From positions 1 through 61,425 of the forward strand of contig CADCRH010000041.1 of NCBI GenBank assembly GCA_902803805.1: a stretch of DNA of 61,425 nt. Direction: 5' to 3'. The stretch is from an uncultured Ruminococcus sp. (GTDB lineage Bacteria; Bacillota; Clostridia; Oscillospirales; Acutalibacteraceae). The translations under genes and the position numbers were made by a program. Under the pieces are notes generated by a model, which saw nothing but the letters and a program-made list of their open reading frames with translations, had not been told where the DNA came from and made no database searches. This document shows, one piece after another, positions 37,358 to 47,777 of the stretch. Each line of letters opens with the position of its first letter. Positions within the stretch are counted from its first letter, which is position 1.

Positions 37358-38145
37358 AGCTTCTTCCCATCAAAAATATTTTCAATTACATTCAGTTTAA
37401 GTCTATGTGACATCTGTTCGGCTTTTCTCATATATTCATCATATACCTGTTGGGGAGAATGACAGTCCGAACCGACAATGACCCTTATATTTGTTTTGCT
37501 GACTGCCTGCCAGAATTTTTCGTGCGGATAGGGGTAGCGTATGCCATCGTTAAAGGCTTGCAGATTTTTTCTGATGCCGTTTGCATTATATTCAAGGATC
37601 ATATCATTCTTTTCGGCGCAGTCAATGATCATTTCGGTTGCCCTGTCACAGTTTTCATCCCAATCATAATTATTGCTGAACATCACATCGGGGTGTGCAA
37701 TAAACTGAAACAGACCCGTTTCGATTGCTTCACATACCGCCGCCGCATATTCAATATAATCCGCCGTTGATTCGGCAAAAAATATATTATGAATATGTCC
37801 CTTTGGCGTTATGTACATATGCTCACCGAGTGCAAGATAATCCAATTCTCTTTTTTCAAGAAGTTCACGGTAATAGTTGATGTATTTTGGGAAATACTCT
37901 ATTTCAAGTCCCTTGAAAATTTCAATTTTGTCCTTATGTTTTTGTTGGGACTGCTCAACGGCATTGATATAATCGTCAAGCTCTTTGTAGCTCATACGAA
38001 GCCCGAAATCGTGATCGGGGAAAGGGGCGTGGTCGGAAAAACCTAATGTTGTTACCCCCTGCTCAATTGCCTCGAGAACATATTCCTCTTCTGTACCCAA
38101 AGCGTGAAGACAGCGGTATGTATGTGTATGAAAATTAGTAGGCAT
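37354..38145 (-). CDS. HisJ-family histidinol-phosphatase-like PHP domain protein
   Basis: NFHTHTYRCLHA, GFSDHAP and a later GSDCHSP. 4-nt overlap with the downstream GH3 gene. Confidence 0.85.
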   Translation of the reverse strand: MPTNFHTHTYRCLHALGTEEEYVLEAIEQGVTTLGFSDHAPFPDHDFGLRMSYKELDDYINAVEQSQQKHKDKIEIFKGLEIEYFPKYINYYRELLEKRELDYLALGEHMYITPKGHIHNIFFAESTADYIEYAAAVCEAIETGLFQFIAHPDVMFSNNYDWDENCDRATEMIIDCAEKNDMILEYNANGIRKNLQAFNDGIRYPYPHEKFWQAVSKTNIRVIVGSDCHSPQQVYDEYMRKAEQMSHRLKLNVIENIFDGKKL

Positions 38146-38160
38146 TGTTATTTCCTCCGT

Positions 38161-38403
38161 TTATTTTTGCCTTTTAGCTGCCAAAGTATTCTTTTCAGCG
38201 ATAACTTTTCCATCAGTGTCTTTACATATGACCATTATGCTGACGGTATCATTCTCTATCACTGAATTTAATTGGTCGGCAAAGCTGTTGTAAATATAAT
38301 CCAGTTCGTCAAGTCTTTCATTGGTTTGTATGTTACAAACCAATGTATTGCCGTTTTCCGAATACACATTGATTGTATAGTTATCATTTTCTCCTTCAAC
38401 CAT
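38161..38403 (-). CDS. Hypothetical small protein
   Basis: 80-aa ORF heading the minus-strand PHP/GH3 string. No family recognised. Confidence 0.4.
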   Translation of the reverse strand: MVEGENDNYTINVYSENGNTLVCNIQTNERLDELDYIYNSFADQLNSVIENDTVSIMVICKDTDGKVIAEKNTLAAKRQK

Positions 38404-38514
38404 TATATCAGTAATTGTTTTTTCAAAATCCGTATCATTATTTTATCATTCTATGTATGGAAATGTCAATCTGTGCAGAACAGAGTTATGAAGTAAATTT
38501 CAGTTGTAACAGTG

Positions 38515-38543
38515 TTTACATTTGGGTGAAAGTATGTTATATT
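38515..38543 (+). promoter_or_regulatory. Promoter of the pan operon
   Basis: TTTACA - 17 nt - TATATT with an extended -10 TGT. It leaves a leader of about 220 nt before panB. Confidence 0.6.
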
Positions 38544-38772
38544 AAAACACGGATGGTATTTGAAAGAAACCGTACCGTATAATATATTTGTTGTGCCGTG
38601 TCAGTCAGTAAAGCCTGTATATTTAACAGGACTTTCGTAAATGTCTGAGATCAACGCATAATAAAAATTTTGCAGTATGAACGAATACCGTATTTCGAGA
38701 TGAAATATGGTCATTTTTTTCAAGACCCTTCGACGAAATGTCATCAAAATTTTGAATAGGGGAGTATTGACA

Positions 38773-39627
38773 ATGAAAAATACTGTATCGACCTTTCTTG
38801 CAGCAAAGCAAAACGGCAAAAAGCTGACAATGCTGACCGCATATGATTACTCAACGGCAAAGCTGATTTCTTCAGCAGGAATCAACTCCATATTGGTGGG
38901 AGATTCACTGGGAAACGTCATTCTCGGTTATGAAGATACCGTGTCTGTTACAATGGAAGATATGATTCACCATAGCAAAGCGGTTTCCAGAGGTTCCAGT
39001 GACAGCCTTGTTGTTGTTGACATGCCTTTTATGTCATATCAGGCTTCTGTATATGATGCTGTTGTAAATGCAGGAAGACTGATGAAAGAAGGCAGAGCAG
39101 GAGCCGTCAAGCTTGAAGGAGGAAAAAGTGTTTGCCCTCAGATAAAAGCAATCGTGGATTCCGGAATACCCGTAATGGCTCACCTTGGATTAACGCCGCA
39201 GTCGGTAAATGTATTCGGCGGCTATAAGGTGCAGGGAAAAACCGAACAGGCAGCAAAACAGCTTATTGAGGACGCTCTTGCAGTACAGCAGGCAGGTGCG
39301 TTCAGTGTAGTTCTTGAATGTGTGCCGAGTGAACTGGCAAAGTTAGTGACTGAGCTTTTGGCAATTCCTACAATAGGAATCGGCGCCGGAAATGACTGTG
39401 ACGGTCAGGTTCTCGTCAATCAGGATATGCTTGGAATGTTTAACGATTATGTACCAAAGTTCGTAAAACAGTTTGCCAATGTCGGTGAAATTATGACAAA
39501 TGCATTCAAGGCTTATGATACAGAGGTAAAAAACGGAGCTTATCCGGAAGAAAAGCATGGGTATCAAATAGACAGCAGTATTATTGACCATCTCAGAAAC
39601 ACATACAGTCGAAAGGATTTGATATAA
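38773..39627 (+). CDS. panB: 3-methyl-2-oxobutanoate hydroxymethyltransferase
   Basis: [46 protein letters not shown]. Start is the internal ATG after GGGGAG. Confidence 0.95.
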   Translation: MKNTVSTFLAAKQNGKKLTMLTAYDYSTAKLISSAGINSILVGDSLGNVILGYEDTVSVTMEDMIHHSKAVSRGSSDSLVVVDMPFMSYQASVYDAVVNAGRLMKEGRAGAVKLEGGKSVCPQIKAIVDSGIPVMAHLGLTPQSVNVFGGYKVQGKTEQAAKQLIEDALAVQQAGAFSVVLECVPSELAKLVTELLAIPTIGIGAGNDCDGQVLVNQDMLGMFNDYVPKFVKQFANVGEIMTNAFKAYDTEVKNGAYPEEKHGYQIDSSIIDHLRNTYSRKDLI

Positions 39628-39629
39628 TT

Positions 39630-40478
39630 ATGTTAAAAACGGTAACAAAGGTTTGTGAAGCCAGAAAAATCATTAACGAATGGAAAAAGGAGGGCTTCAC
39701 TGTCGGTTTTGTGCCTACAATGGGTTATCTCCACGAGGGACATATGAGCCTTGTCAAGAAGGCAAGGGAGCAGAATGATAAGGTTGTTGTCAGTATCTTT
39801 GTCAATCCTATGCAGTTTTCTCCGAACGAAGATTTGGACAAATATCCGAGAGATTTGGAAGCTGACACAAAACTTTGTGAGGAAAACGGAGTCGACCTTA
39901 TTATACACCCTCAACCTGCCGAAATGTATCCCGACGGATTTTGTTCATTTGTTGATATGACAGGGCCTACTAAGGAACTTTGCGGAAAGAGCCGTCCGAT
40001 ACATTTCAGAGGTGTTTGTACGGTTGTCAATAAACTTTTTAATATTGCACAGCCTGACAGAGCTTATTTCGGTCAAAAGGACGCACAGCAGCTTTCCATT
40101 ATCAAAAGAATGGTAAAAGATTTAAATATGCCGATTGAAATTATAGGCTGTCCTATTATCAGGGAAAAAGACGGACTTGCCAAAAGTTCACGCAATAAAT
40201 ATCTAAACGAAGAAGAACGCCGTGCGGCTCTGATTTTAAGTAAAACCATATTGATGGGCAAACAGCTTGTTGAGAACGGTGAACGAAATGCCAAAGTTCT
40301 TTGTGATGCAATGAGAAAAAATATTGAAACGGAACCGCTCGCCAAAATCGACTATGCAGAAGCTGTTGACTTTGATACAATTGAAAAGATCGATACGCTC
40401 AAAGGAACGGTTCTTGTGGCAATCGCAGTCTATATAGGAAGTACCAGATTGATTGATAATTTTATCGTTACTGTATAA
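39630..40478 (+). CDS. panC: Pantoate--beta-alanine ligase
   Basis: [32 protein letters not shown]. Confidence 0.95.
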   Translation: MLKTVTKVCEARKIINEWKKEGFTVGFVPTMGYLHEGHMSLVKKAREQNDKVVVSIFVNPMQFSPNEDLDKYPRDLEADTKLCEENGVDLIIHPQPAEMYPDGFCSFVDMTGPTKELCGKSRPIHFRGVCTVVNKLFNIAQPDRAYFGQKDAQQLSIIKRMVKDLNMPIEIIGCPIIREKDGLAKSSRNKYLNEEERRAALILSKTILMGKQLVENGERNAKVLCDAMRKNIETEPLAKIDYAEAVDFDTIEKIDTLKGTVLVAIAVYIGSTRLIDNFIVTV

Positions 40479-40494
40479 AACAGGGGGAAAAGCA

Positions 40495-40884
40495 ATGTTG
40501 AGAACAATGCTGAAAAGCAAAATTCATCGTGCTGTTGTCAAGCAGGCAGAGTTGAATTATGTCGGTTCGATAACGATTGATGAGGAACTGATGGAGCTTT
40601 CGGGAATCTATGAATACGAGCAAGTTCAAATTGTTGATATTGATAACGGCAGCCGCTTTGTCACCTATGTTATCGCCGGCGAGCGCGGCAGCGGAATGAT
40701 ATGTCTTAACGGTGCAGCGGCACGAATGGCGCAAACGGGAGATAAGATCATCATAATGTCATATGCACAAATGAACGAGGAAGAAATCAAGACAAACGCT
40801 CCGACCGTAGTGTTTGTTGACGAAAATAATAGACCTCAGCGTGTGACACACTATGAAAAGCACGGACTCTTGGAGGATATGTAA
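40495..40884 (+). CDS. panD: Aspartate 1-decarboxylase
   Basis: [29 protein letters not shown], which includes the Gly-Ser self-processing site. Confidence 0.95.
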   Translation: MLRTMLKSKIHRAVVKQAELNYVGSITIDEELMELSGIYEYEQVQIVDIDNGSRFVTYVIAGERGSGMICLNGAAARMAQTGDKIIIMSYAQMNEEEIKTNAPTVVFVDENNRPQRVTHYEKHGLLEDM

Positions 40885-40885
40885 T

Positions 40886-42094
40886 ATGCTCAAAGGAAAA
40901 ACAGTTGTTGTCGGAGTGACCGGCGGAATAGCGGCATATAAATCCGCACAGCTTGTCAGCGACCTTGTGAAGCTGCACTGTGATGTTCACGTTGTAATGA
41001 CAAAGAACGCACAGAATTTTATCAATCCAATTACATTTGAAACCTTGACGGGTAATAAATGCCTTGTTGATACGTTTGACAGAAATTTCCAGTTTAATGT
41101 CACTCACGTTTCCTTGTCACAAAAGGCGGATGTATTGATCATTGCACCTGCATCGGCAAATATCATCGGCAAGGCAGCAAATGGAATCGCAGATGATATG
41201 CTTTCAACAATGCTTCTTGCGGCAACGTGTAAAATTATTGTTGCTCCTGCAATGAATCGATATATGTATCAAAATTCCATCGTACAGGAAAATCTGGAAA
41301 AACTCCGCAGGCACGGATTTGTGATCGTGGAACCGGCTGTTGGCAGACTGGCTTGTGACGATGTAGGTATTGGCAAACTTCCCGATGTTGATGTACTGAT
41401 AGAAAGTGTTCTTCACGAAATTGCACACAAAAAGGATATGGAGAATCTTAATGTTTTGGTGACAGCAGGAGCTACTGCGGAAGCGATCGACCCTGTTCGT
41501 TTTGTGACAAATCATTCAACAGGCAAAATGGGTTATGCCATTGCTCGTGCAGCTTCACAGCGCGGTGCAAAGGTAACACTTGTCAGCGGTCTAGTATCTG
41601 TGAAAGCGCCCAATTATGTCAATACTGTCAATGTACGCTCAGCCGAGGAAATGTTTAATGCTGTTTCCGAACATTTAAATGAATGTGATATTTTGATTAT
41701 GTCGGCAGCGGTTGCGGATTATACTCCCGAAACCGTCAGCAGCGAGAAAATCAAAAAGAGCGGCGATAATATGACGATTTCTTTTAAGCGTACAAAAGAT
41801 ATTCTTGCCTATGCAGGTTTGCATAAAAGGGAAAATCAGGTCATATGCGGCTTTTCAATGGAAACACAGCATCTTATGGAGAATTCCCAAAAGAAGTTGA
41901 TTTCCAAAAACTGTGACCTGATAGCTGCCAACAGCATACGTGAAAGCGGTTCAGGTTTTGGTACGGACACCAATAAAATTACCATTATAACAGCCGAGGA
42001 GAATCGCTCTCTTGCACTGATGAGCAAGGATGAAGCCGCGCATATTATTCTTGATAATGCATTAAATATATATCAAACAAAAAAGAATCATTAA
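40886..42094 (+). CDS. coaBC: Bifunctional phosphopantothenoylcysteine decarboxylase / phosphopantothenate--cysteine ligase
   Basis: KTVVVGVTGGIAAYK, IAPASANIIGKAANGIADD, and a C-terminal CoaB half (VTAGATAEAIDPVRFVTNHSTGKMG). RBS GGAGG. Confidence 0.95.
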   Translation: MLKGKTVVVGVTGGIAAYKSAQLVSDLVKLHCDVHVVMTKNAQNFINPITFETLTGNKCLVDTFDRNFQFNVTHVSLSQKADVLIIAPASANIIGKAANGIADDMLSTMLLAATCKIIVAPAMNRYMYQNSIVQENLEKLRRHGFVIVEPAVGRLACDDVGIGKLPDVDVLIESVLHEIAHKKDMENLNVLVTAGATAEAIDPVRFVTNHSTGKMGYAIARAASQRGAKVTLVSGLVSVKAPNYVNTVNVRSAEEMFNAVSEHLNECDILIMSAAVADYTPETVSSEKIKKSGDNMTISFKRTKDILAYAGLHKRENQVICGFSMETQHLMENSQKKLISKNCDLIAANSIRESGSGFGTDTNKITIITAEENRSLALMSKDEAAHIILDNALNIYQTKKNH

Positions 42095-42403
42095 CATAAA
42101 TGTTCGTCCTTCTTCCCGGAGGGGCGAACATAAAAATGAACAAATTTGAACATTAACCCAAACTTAAAAAAATTCAATAAAACAAAAACGCTCTTAACTG
42201 CCGAATTTTAAGCTGTTTTAAGTGATTTATAGCATAATATTGGTACTTTTGCTTTTTCAGTCTTTAATTTTTTTAAGCTTTGGTTAATAAATTGTTTTAA
42301 TAAAATATTAAATTTATTATCACTTTTTCGGAAATAAAGAGTTATAATAACATCATCAAATAAAACAAAAACAAATTGAAATAAATAAACGGAGGTCATT
42401 ACT

Positions 42404-43993
42404 ATGAATGAAAGAGAATTTAACACAATGAATAACGATTATACAAACGCAAATGAACCGACACAGCAGCCGGTTTTTTCAGACAGCGAACCAACAATTG
42501 AGCCGATTTCGGAATCGGTTTCAGAGCCCGTACAGGATACAGGATTCGTTCAGCCGCAGTTTTCTGAAACACAGCAGGTTCAGTATAACCAATATGAGGA
42601 TATCAGCTCATCCAACAAGCCGATATATGTAAAAGCAGCTTCCGAACCTTCGCAGCAGAGCTCGAACTATGAAAAGTATAAAGCACAGTTTAATGTTCCA
42701 CAGAACTATTCGGCAAAATCTTCTTCCAAAAAGAAAAAATCCGGCAAAGGAAAAACTGCCGCTGTTATCGCAGCAACACTTGCGCTTTCCCTTTGTTTGG
42801 GAGTAGGCGGAGGAGTTCTCGGCTCCTATCTTACAAATCATACCACAAGTGTGGAAACAGCAGCGTCGAAGGTTACGAATTCGGATTCAAAAGTAACCTC
42901 GGCAACTACCTCAAAGGGCGACGATTCGGGACTCAATATTGTTCAGTCAAATAATAGCAGTTCTACACCCACAACAATTGAAGAAGTGGTTTCAAAGGTA
43001 AAGGATTCTGTCGTTGAAATTACAACCGAGAGCAGAGCATACGATTCATTCTATGGTCAGTATGTATCCCAGGGAGCAGGAAGCGGTGTCATCATTTCCG
43101 AAGACGGCTATATTATCACAAACAATCACGTTATTGAAGATGCCAATACAATTACTGTAAAAACGACAGATGGTAAATCCTATGATGCAAAGCTTATCGG
43201 CACAGATGCAACACTTGATGTTGCTCTTATTAAAATAGAGGCTTCGGGTCTTACAGTTGCGACCTTTGGCGATTCTGACCAGTTAAAGGTAGGTCAAACT
43301 GCCATTGCAATAGGCAATCCTTTAGGTGAGCTTGGTGGTACGGTAACAAACGGCATTATCAGTGCATTAAACCGTGAAGTTGAAATAGACGGCACAACGA
43401 TGGAACTTCTCCAAACAGATGCAGCAATTAATCCTGGCAATTCGGGCGGCGGTCTGTTTGATGCCAATGGAAACCTTATTGGTCTTGTTGTGGCTAAATC
43501 CGCAAGCACATCATCAGGAACAGCAGTTGAAGGTCTTGGATTTGTCATTCCGGTCAACAACATCAAGAACATTCTCGGAGATTTGAAAACAAACGGCAAA
43601 GTTACGGGCAGAGCCTCGCTTGACATAACGGCAGTTGATGTTAACAGCGAAGCAAAGGCGGCACAGTTTAACGTAACAGAACAGGGTGTATATATCTATT
43701 CTTTGAACAATGGCGGTGCTGCCGAAAAGGCAGGTCTGAAAGTAGGCGACCGTATAACAAAGCTTAACGATACTGAAATTTCAAGTATGGCAAACTTAAA
43801 AACCGCTCTTTTGAAATTAAAGGCAGGCGATGAAGCAACTGTAACAGTCAGCCGTGACGGTCAGGAGCAGACAGTTTCTATAACGCTGGGAGAAGCTTCA
43901 AGCGAAACCGAAACTAGCAACAGCAATAACTTTAATACCAACGGAGGCAATTACGGCAGCTTCGGCGGCAATTACAATGATTTTGATTTCTGA
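42404..43993 (+). CDS. HtrA/DegP-family serine protease with PDZ domain
   Basis: TM anchor. Catalytic triad context: ITNNHVI, DVALIKI, GNSGGGLFD. C-terminal PDZ (GLKVGDRITKLN). Confidence 0.9.
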   Translation: MNEREFNTMNNDYTNANEPTQQPVFSDSEPTIEPISESVSEPVQDTGFVQPQFSETQQVQYNQYEDISSSNKPIYVKAASEPSQQSSNYEKYKAQFNVPQNYSAKSSSKKKKSGKGKTAAVIAATLALSLCLGVGGGVLGSYLTNHTTSVETAASKVTNSDSKVTSATTSKGDDSGLNIVQSNNSSSTPTTIEEVVSKVKDSVVEITTESRAYDSFYGQYVSQGAGSGVIISEDGYIITNNHVIEDANTITVKTTDGKSYDAKLIGTDATLDVALIKIEASGLTVATFGDSDQLKVGQTAIAIGNPLGELGGTVTNGIISALNREVEIDGTTMELLQTDAAINPGNSGGGLFDANGNLIGLVVAKSASTSSGTAVEGLGFVIPVNNIKNILGDLKTNGKVTGRASLDITAVDVNSEAKAAQFNVTEQGVYIYSLNNGGAAEKAGLKVGDRITKLNDTEISSMANLKTALLKLKAGDEATVTVSRDGQEQTVSITLGEASSETETSNSNNFNTNGGNYGSFGGNYNDFDF

Positions 43994-44045
43994 TCCCGCC
44001 CTTATCAAGATTACATCACTCTTTTTCATAATTTTTCCTTCTTAA

Positions 44046-44090
44046 AAAGAAATTCTCCTGTTTTTGTTAAAAACAGGAGAATTTCTTTTT
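44046..44090. terminator. Bidirectional terminator between htrA-like and HD-GYP genes
   Basis: AAGAAATTCTCCTGTTTTT-GTT-AAAAACAGGAGAATTTCTTTTT. Confidence 0.85.
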
Positions 44091-44120
44091 ATGTGATTGA
44101 TCAATTTGAAAAGGAGCGTA

Positions 44121-45389
44121 TTAATCCGCATTTGCTTTTGCGATTTCATCAATTTGTTCACGGATTCGCAAAAATGCGTCTGTTACAGTAGGATCGAATT
44201 TTTTACCGCGCTGTTCTTTGATGTTTTCAAATACAACAGAAGTCGGCAGAGCGTCTTTATATGCTCTTTTTGCAACAAGTGCATCAAAATAATCCGCAAT
44301 GGTCATAATTCTTGCACAAAGCGGAATTTCCTCCCCTTCGACACCGTAAGGATAACCGGAACCGTCCCAACATTCGTGATGATACAGCGCAACGGATTTT
44401 GCGACCTTGAGAAATTCGCTGTCCTCAATATCTGCCATTGATTCCTCAATGATCTTCTTTCCGTTTACAGTATGGTTTTTGATTGTTTCAAATTCCTTTT
44501 GCGTCAGACGTCCGGGCTTTTGCAGAATCGCATCGGGAATCGTAATTTTTCCAATATCGTGAAGCGGTGCGGAAAGCATTGTATCGTGCATATACTGTTC
44601 CGTCAGAATATCGTCAAAATCACCATTCCGTTTCAGCTCCTTGACAAGAGCTTCCACATATTCGCTGGTACGCTTTACGTGTTTTCCGGTGTTGCCGTCA
44701 CGCGCTTCTATGATATTCGCAAAACCGATAATGATTTTGTTCTGCATATTTTCGATGGCATTATCCTTTTCGGTAACACTTTCATCAAGCCGACTGCGCT
44801 TTTCGTCAACGGAATAGAAAACACGGCTTGTATAAATGGCTGTAATCAAAAAACTCATTGAGCAGTTAACAATCAAAAGAAATGTACTTGCTTCGTAGGG
44901 AAGATGATATTGCGGTCTGTAGTCATTAAAGTAGATGATCATAAATATAAATGCTATTGATGCAAGAAAAATAATTGCACTGCGCAGAGCCCTAATGAAT
45001 TTTCCATCCTTGCGAATAAACACCGTCATAAATATCAGCGGTATCATAAGGTACTGGAATCCCGAAGAAAGTCCGAAGAATGCAATACTGCATATTTGAT
45101 GCAAAAACAACTCAAAAACTGTAAGAAGTGTACACGGAAGCCATGAGCCTTTAAAATATTTCAGCAGTATGACAAATGTGGCATATAGTATCACACTGGT
45201 ACCGTCGAAAAGCTGAAGCATTTTTATATTAAACAAGGAAAAAACCACAAGATAACACGTATGCAGAAGCAAACACATTGAGAAAAACATATTCAGCGGT
45301 CCTGTAAGCGATGCATAGTCGGAATAATCCTTGTCCTCATTGTATGCGGGAGTACCGATAAAGAAGTTAAGTATTTTATTTCTACTCAT
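44121..45389 (-). CDS. Membrane-anchored HD-GYP domain protein (putative c-di-GMP phosphodiesterase)
   Basis: Multi-TM N-terminus. HDIGKITIP and HHECWDGSGYPYG motifs. Confidence 0.85.
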   Translation of the reverse strand: MSRNKILNFFIGTPAYNEDKDYSDYASLTGPLNMFFSMCLLLHTCYLVVFSLFNIKMLQLFDGTSVILYATFVILLKYFKGSWLPCTLLTVFELFLHQICSIAFFGLSSGFQYLMIPLIFMTVFIRKDGKFIRALRSAIIFLASIAFIFMIIYFNDYRPQYHLPYEASTFLLIVNCSMSFLITAIYTSRVFYSVDEKRSRLDESVTEKDNAIENMQNKIIIGFANIIEARDGNTGKHVKRTSEYVEALVKELKRNGDFDDILTEQYMHDTMLSAPLHDIGKITIPDAILQKPGRLTQKEFETIKNHTVNGKKIIEESMADIEDSEFLKVAKSVALYHHECWDGSGYPYGVEGEEIPLCARIMTIADYFDALVAKRAYKDALPTSVVFENIKEQRGKKFDPTVTDAFLRIREQIDEIAKANAD

Positions 45390-45556
45390 ATTTTATGTGC
45401 GAATGAAGTCAAACGCTCTCCTTATAATAGATTAAACGAATAGCTAAACTATCCAATATGTCATATTATACTATAAGTTTTCCGTGTTATCAATAGTAAT
45501 TTGTAATTTTTTGACAGTTTGTTACATTTGTTAATTTTTGTTGGTGGTGTTTGTTA

Positions 45557-46435
45557 ATGTTTGTATGCATTCAACTTAAACGAATCTTTTGTTATTTATT
45601 GGTATTTTCAACTATCATTATCACTTCATTTATCACTATAACACAAACCACTCCTGCACAGGCATCGGTTCATTCGGTCAAACTTGCAGTTATAATGTAT
45701 CACGGTCTTGTAAAAGAAAAAACATATCAAAATGAATATATGATTGACCCGGAATATTTTGAACAGGATCTAAAATATTTAAAGGATAACGGATATCATA
45801 CAATATGGATCAGCGAATTGATCGATTATTTTGAAAACGGTAAAGAGTTACCTGAAAATCCTGTATTGCTTACCTTTGATGACGGTTATTACAATAATTA
45901 TACGTATGCTTATCCGCTTTTAAAAAAATATGGATCAAAAGCGGTGATTTCGCCCATCGGAATTACTGCAGACAGTGCAATGACAGAGAAAGACAAAAGT
46001 TCTATTTATTCGCAGTGTAGTTGGACAGAGTTAAAAGAAATGGTCAATTCCGGTTATGTGGAACTGCAAAATCACACGTATAATCTTCATCATCTTGACA
46101 AGGGCAGAAAGGGAGCTGCTGCAAAGCCGGGAGAACTGTCAGATGAATACGAAAAAATTCTTACCGAAGATTTAACAACATTAAGCAATAAAATGTATCA
46201 GAATATTGGTGTGAAACCCCAAGCCTTTGTTTATCCGTTTGGTGCTAAAAGTGAAACTTCATTGAATATCATCAAAAAACTGGGATATAAAGCAGCTCTT
46301 GACTGTGAAGAAAAGCTGAATCTCCTTAACAGTAAGGATGACCTTTACACCATTCACAGATTTTTACGTCCCAATAATATGTCATCAAAAGAGTTCTTTG
46401 AGAATACAGTAGATATAGGTTCTACCAAAAATTGA
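45557..46435 (+). CDS. Polysaccharide deacetylase family protein (secreted)
   Basis: Signal peptide ending PAQA. LTFDDGY and HTYNLH motifs. Confidence 0.85.
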   Translation: MFVCIQLKRIFCYLLVFSTIIITSFITITQTTPAQASVHSVKLAVIMYHGLVKEKTYQNEYMIDPEYFEQDLKYLKDNGYHTIWISELIDYFENGKELPENPVLLTFDDGYYNNYTYAYPLLKKYGSKAVISPIGITADSAMTEKDKSSIYSQCSWTELKEMVNSGYVELQNHTYNLHHLDKGRKGAAAKPGELSDEYEKILTEDLTTLSNKMYQNIGVKPQAFVYPFGAKSETSLNIIKKLGYKAALDCEEKLNLLNSKDDLYTIHRFLRPNNMSSKEFFENTVDIGSTKN

Positions 46436-46450
46436 TCTCGGAGGGATATT

Positions 46451-47185
46451 ATGCCAAGAGTTTTTTTAAGTCCGTCGACTCAGGAATACAATCCATACGT
46501 TGACGGCGGAAACGAAGAATATTATATGAATATCATCACCGATGCCTTGATTCCGTATCTTGAAGCGAGTGGAATCGAGTACAGCCGTAATGACCCATCT
46601 AAAACCGTATCAAATTCCATTCGTATGTCAAACAGCGGCAATTATGCCTTACATCTGGCGCTGCACTCAAACGCCGCACCACCGAGCAGCGCAGGTACGG
46701 TAAGAGGCTCACAGGTTTATTATTATCCGTCAAGCACTGAGGGAAAGAGAGCAGCGGAAATATTTGCCAACAATCTGAAACTGATTTATCCTGACCCGTC
46801 AAAAGTAAAGACGGTGGCCACCACCACTCTTGCCGAAATTGTAAAAACCAAAGCGCCGACCATTTTGATTGAACTGGCTTATCACGATAATCCGCAGGAT
46901 GCACAATGGATACGTGACAATATAGGAGGAATAGCCGAAAATCTTGCAACCTCCATCACAGATTTTCTCGGAATAGAGGAGCGTATTCCCGAAGGCACAC
47001 GGATCGCAACGGTAGCAACAGAACGAACCGCATTGAATTTGCGCTCCGAACCTTCTCTTTCAGGAGAAATAGTAGGAAAAATTCCCAAAGGAACCAGAAT
47101 TCCGATTATCGGACAGGACGGAGATTGGTACCTCACATATTATGAAGGTCAAAGGGGATATGTAAATTCTGCATATGTTAGATAA
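46451..47185 (+). CDS. N-acetylmuramoyl-L-alanine amidase (Amidase_3) with C-terminal SH3b domain
   Basis: LALHSNAAP and ELAYHDN. C-terminal LNLRSEPSLSGEIVGKIPKGTRIPIIGQDGDWY..GYV. Confidence 0.8.
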   Translation: MPRVFLSPSTQEYNPYVDGGNEEYYMNIITDALIPYLEASGIEYSRNDPSKTVSNSIRMSNSGNYALHLALHSNAAPPSSAGTVRGSQVYYYPSSTEGKRAAEIFANNLKLIYPDPSKVKTVATTTLAEIVKTKAPTILIELAYHDNPQDAQWIRDNIGGIAENLATSITDFLGIEERIPEGTRIATVATERTALNLRSEPSLSGEIVGKIPKGTRIPIIGQDGDWYLTYYEGQRGYVNSAYVR

Positions 47186-47236
47186 ATTAAACTCGTGGAA
47201 AATTTGCAAAATAGACAAAAAATTTTAAAAATCATC

Positions 47237-47265
47237 TTTACAAACGAAAAAAATTATGATATATT
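47237..47265 (+). promoter_or_regulatory. Promoter of the Fur-family gene, followed by an inverted repeat
   Basis: TTTACA - 17 nt - TATATT with a TGA extended -10. An ATAAC-N11-GTTAT inverted repeat lies at 47269-47289. Confidence 0.5.
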
Positions 47266-47300
47266 TAATAACAATTAAGAATAGTTATCGTTTTGAGGAG

Positions 47301-47714
47301 ATGAAAAAAGTGCAGGCAAAACGCAATTTCAGCGCAAAGCGTGAAGCTATTTATCAGACACTTGCTTCAACGAAAACTCACCCCACAGCGGAATGGGTTT
47401 ATGAGCAGCTGAAACCTAAAATACCTGATTTAAGTCTTGGTACAGTTTATCGAAACATTTCCGTTTTTCGCGAAATGGGACTTGCAAAGTCTGTCGGCGT
47501 GGTAAACGGTCAGGAGCGTTTTGATACTGATATGTCAAAACACTCACATTTTGTCTGTTCAAAGTGCTTTAAAATTATAGATGTTCCAAAAGGGAAGAAT
47601 TTTGTTGACAGTAATATTTACGAATATGTTGAAAGAGAATGTAAAGTAAAAATTGAAAACCACAGCATTATGTTTTACGGAGTATGCCGGGAATGTGAAA
47701 ATGTCAAAGACTGA
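47301..47714 (+). CDS. Fur-family repressor, PerR-like
   Basis: KREAIYQTL..HPTAEWVY, with two CxxC pairs (CSKCFK, CRECE). It sits directly upstream of rubrerythrin. Start is the ATG after GAGGAG. Confidence 0.85.
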   Translation: MKKVQAKRNFSAKREAIYQTLASTKTHPTAEWVYEQLKPKIPDLSLGTVYRNISVFREMGLAKSVGVVNGQERFDTDMSKHSHFVCSKCFKIIDVPKGKNFVDSNIYEYVERECKVKIENHSIMFYGVCRECENVKD

Positions 47715-47777
47715 ATGTCAATATCGTAGGATATTTGATATATATTATTTATAAAGAAAAAACGGAGGATCACACCA

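Noticed and set aside
36033-37400. Plus-strand ORFs (81, 106, 69 and 82 aa) opposite the GH3 lipoprotein gene
   Set aside because: They are antisense to a gene with a lipobox and clear GH3 motifs, and they have no independent support.
38601-38819. Two small minus-strand ORFs (72 and 62 aa) in the panB leader
   Set aside because: They overlap each other and the panB start, have no RBS, and lie inside a probable 5' UTR.
42099-42130. Hairpin ATGTTCGTCC..GGGCGAACAT after coaBC as a rho-independent terminator
   Set aside because: The stem is good, but an A-run rather than a U-tract follows it on the + strand. It may still pause or terminate transcription, but I do not call it.
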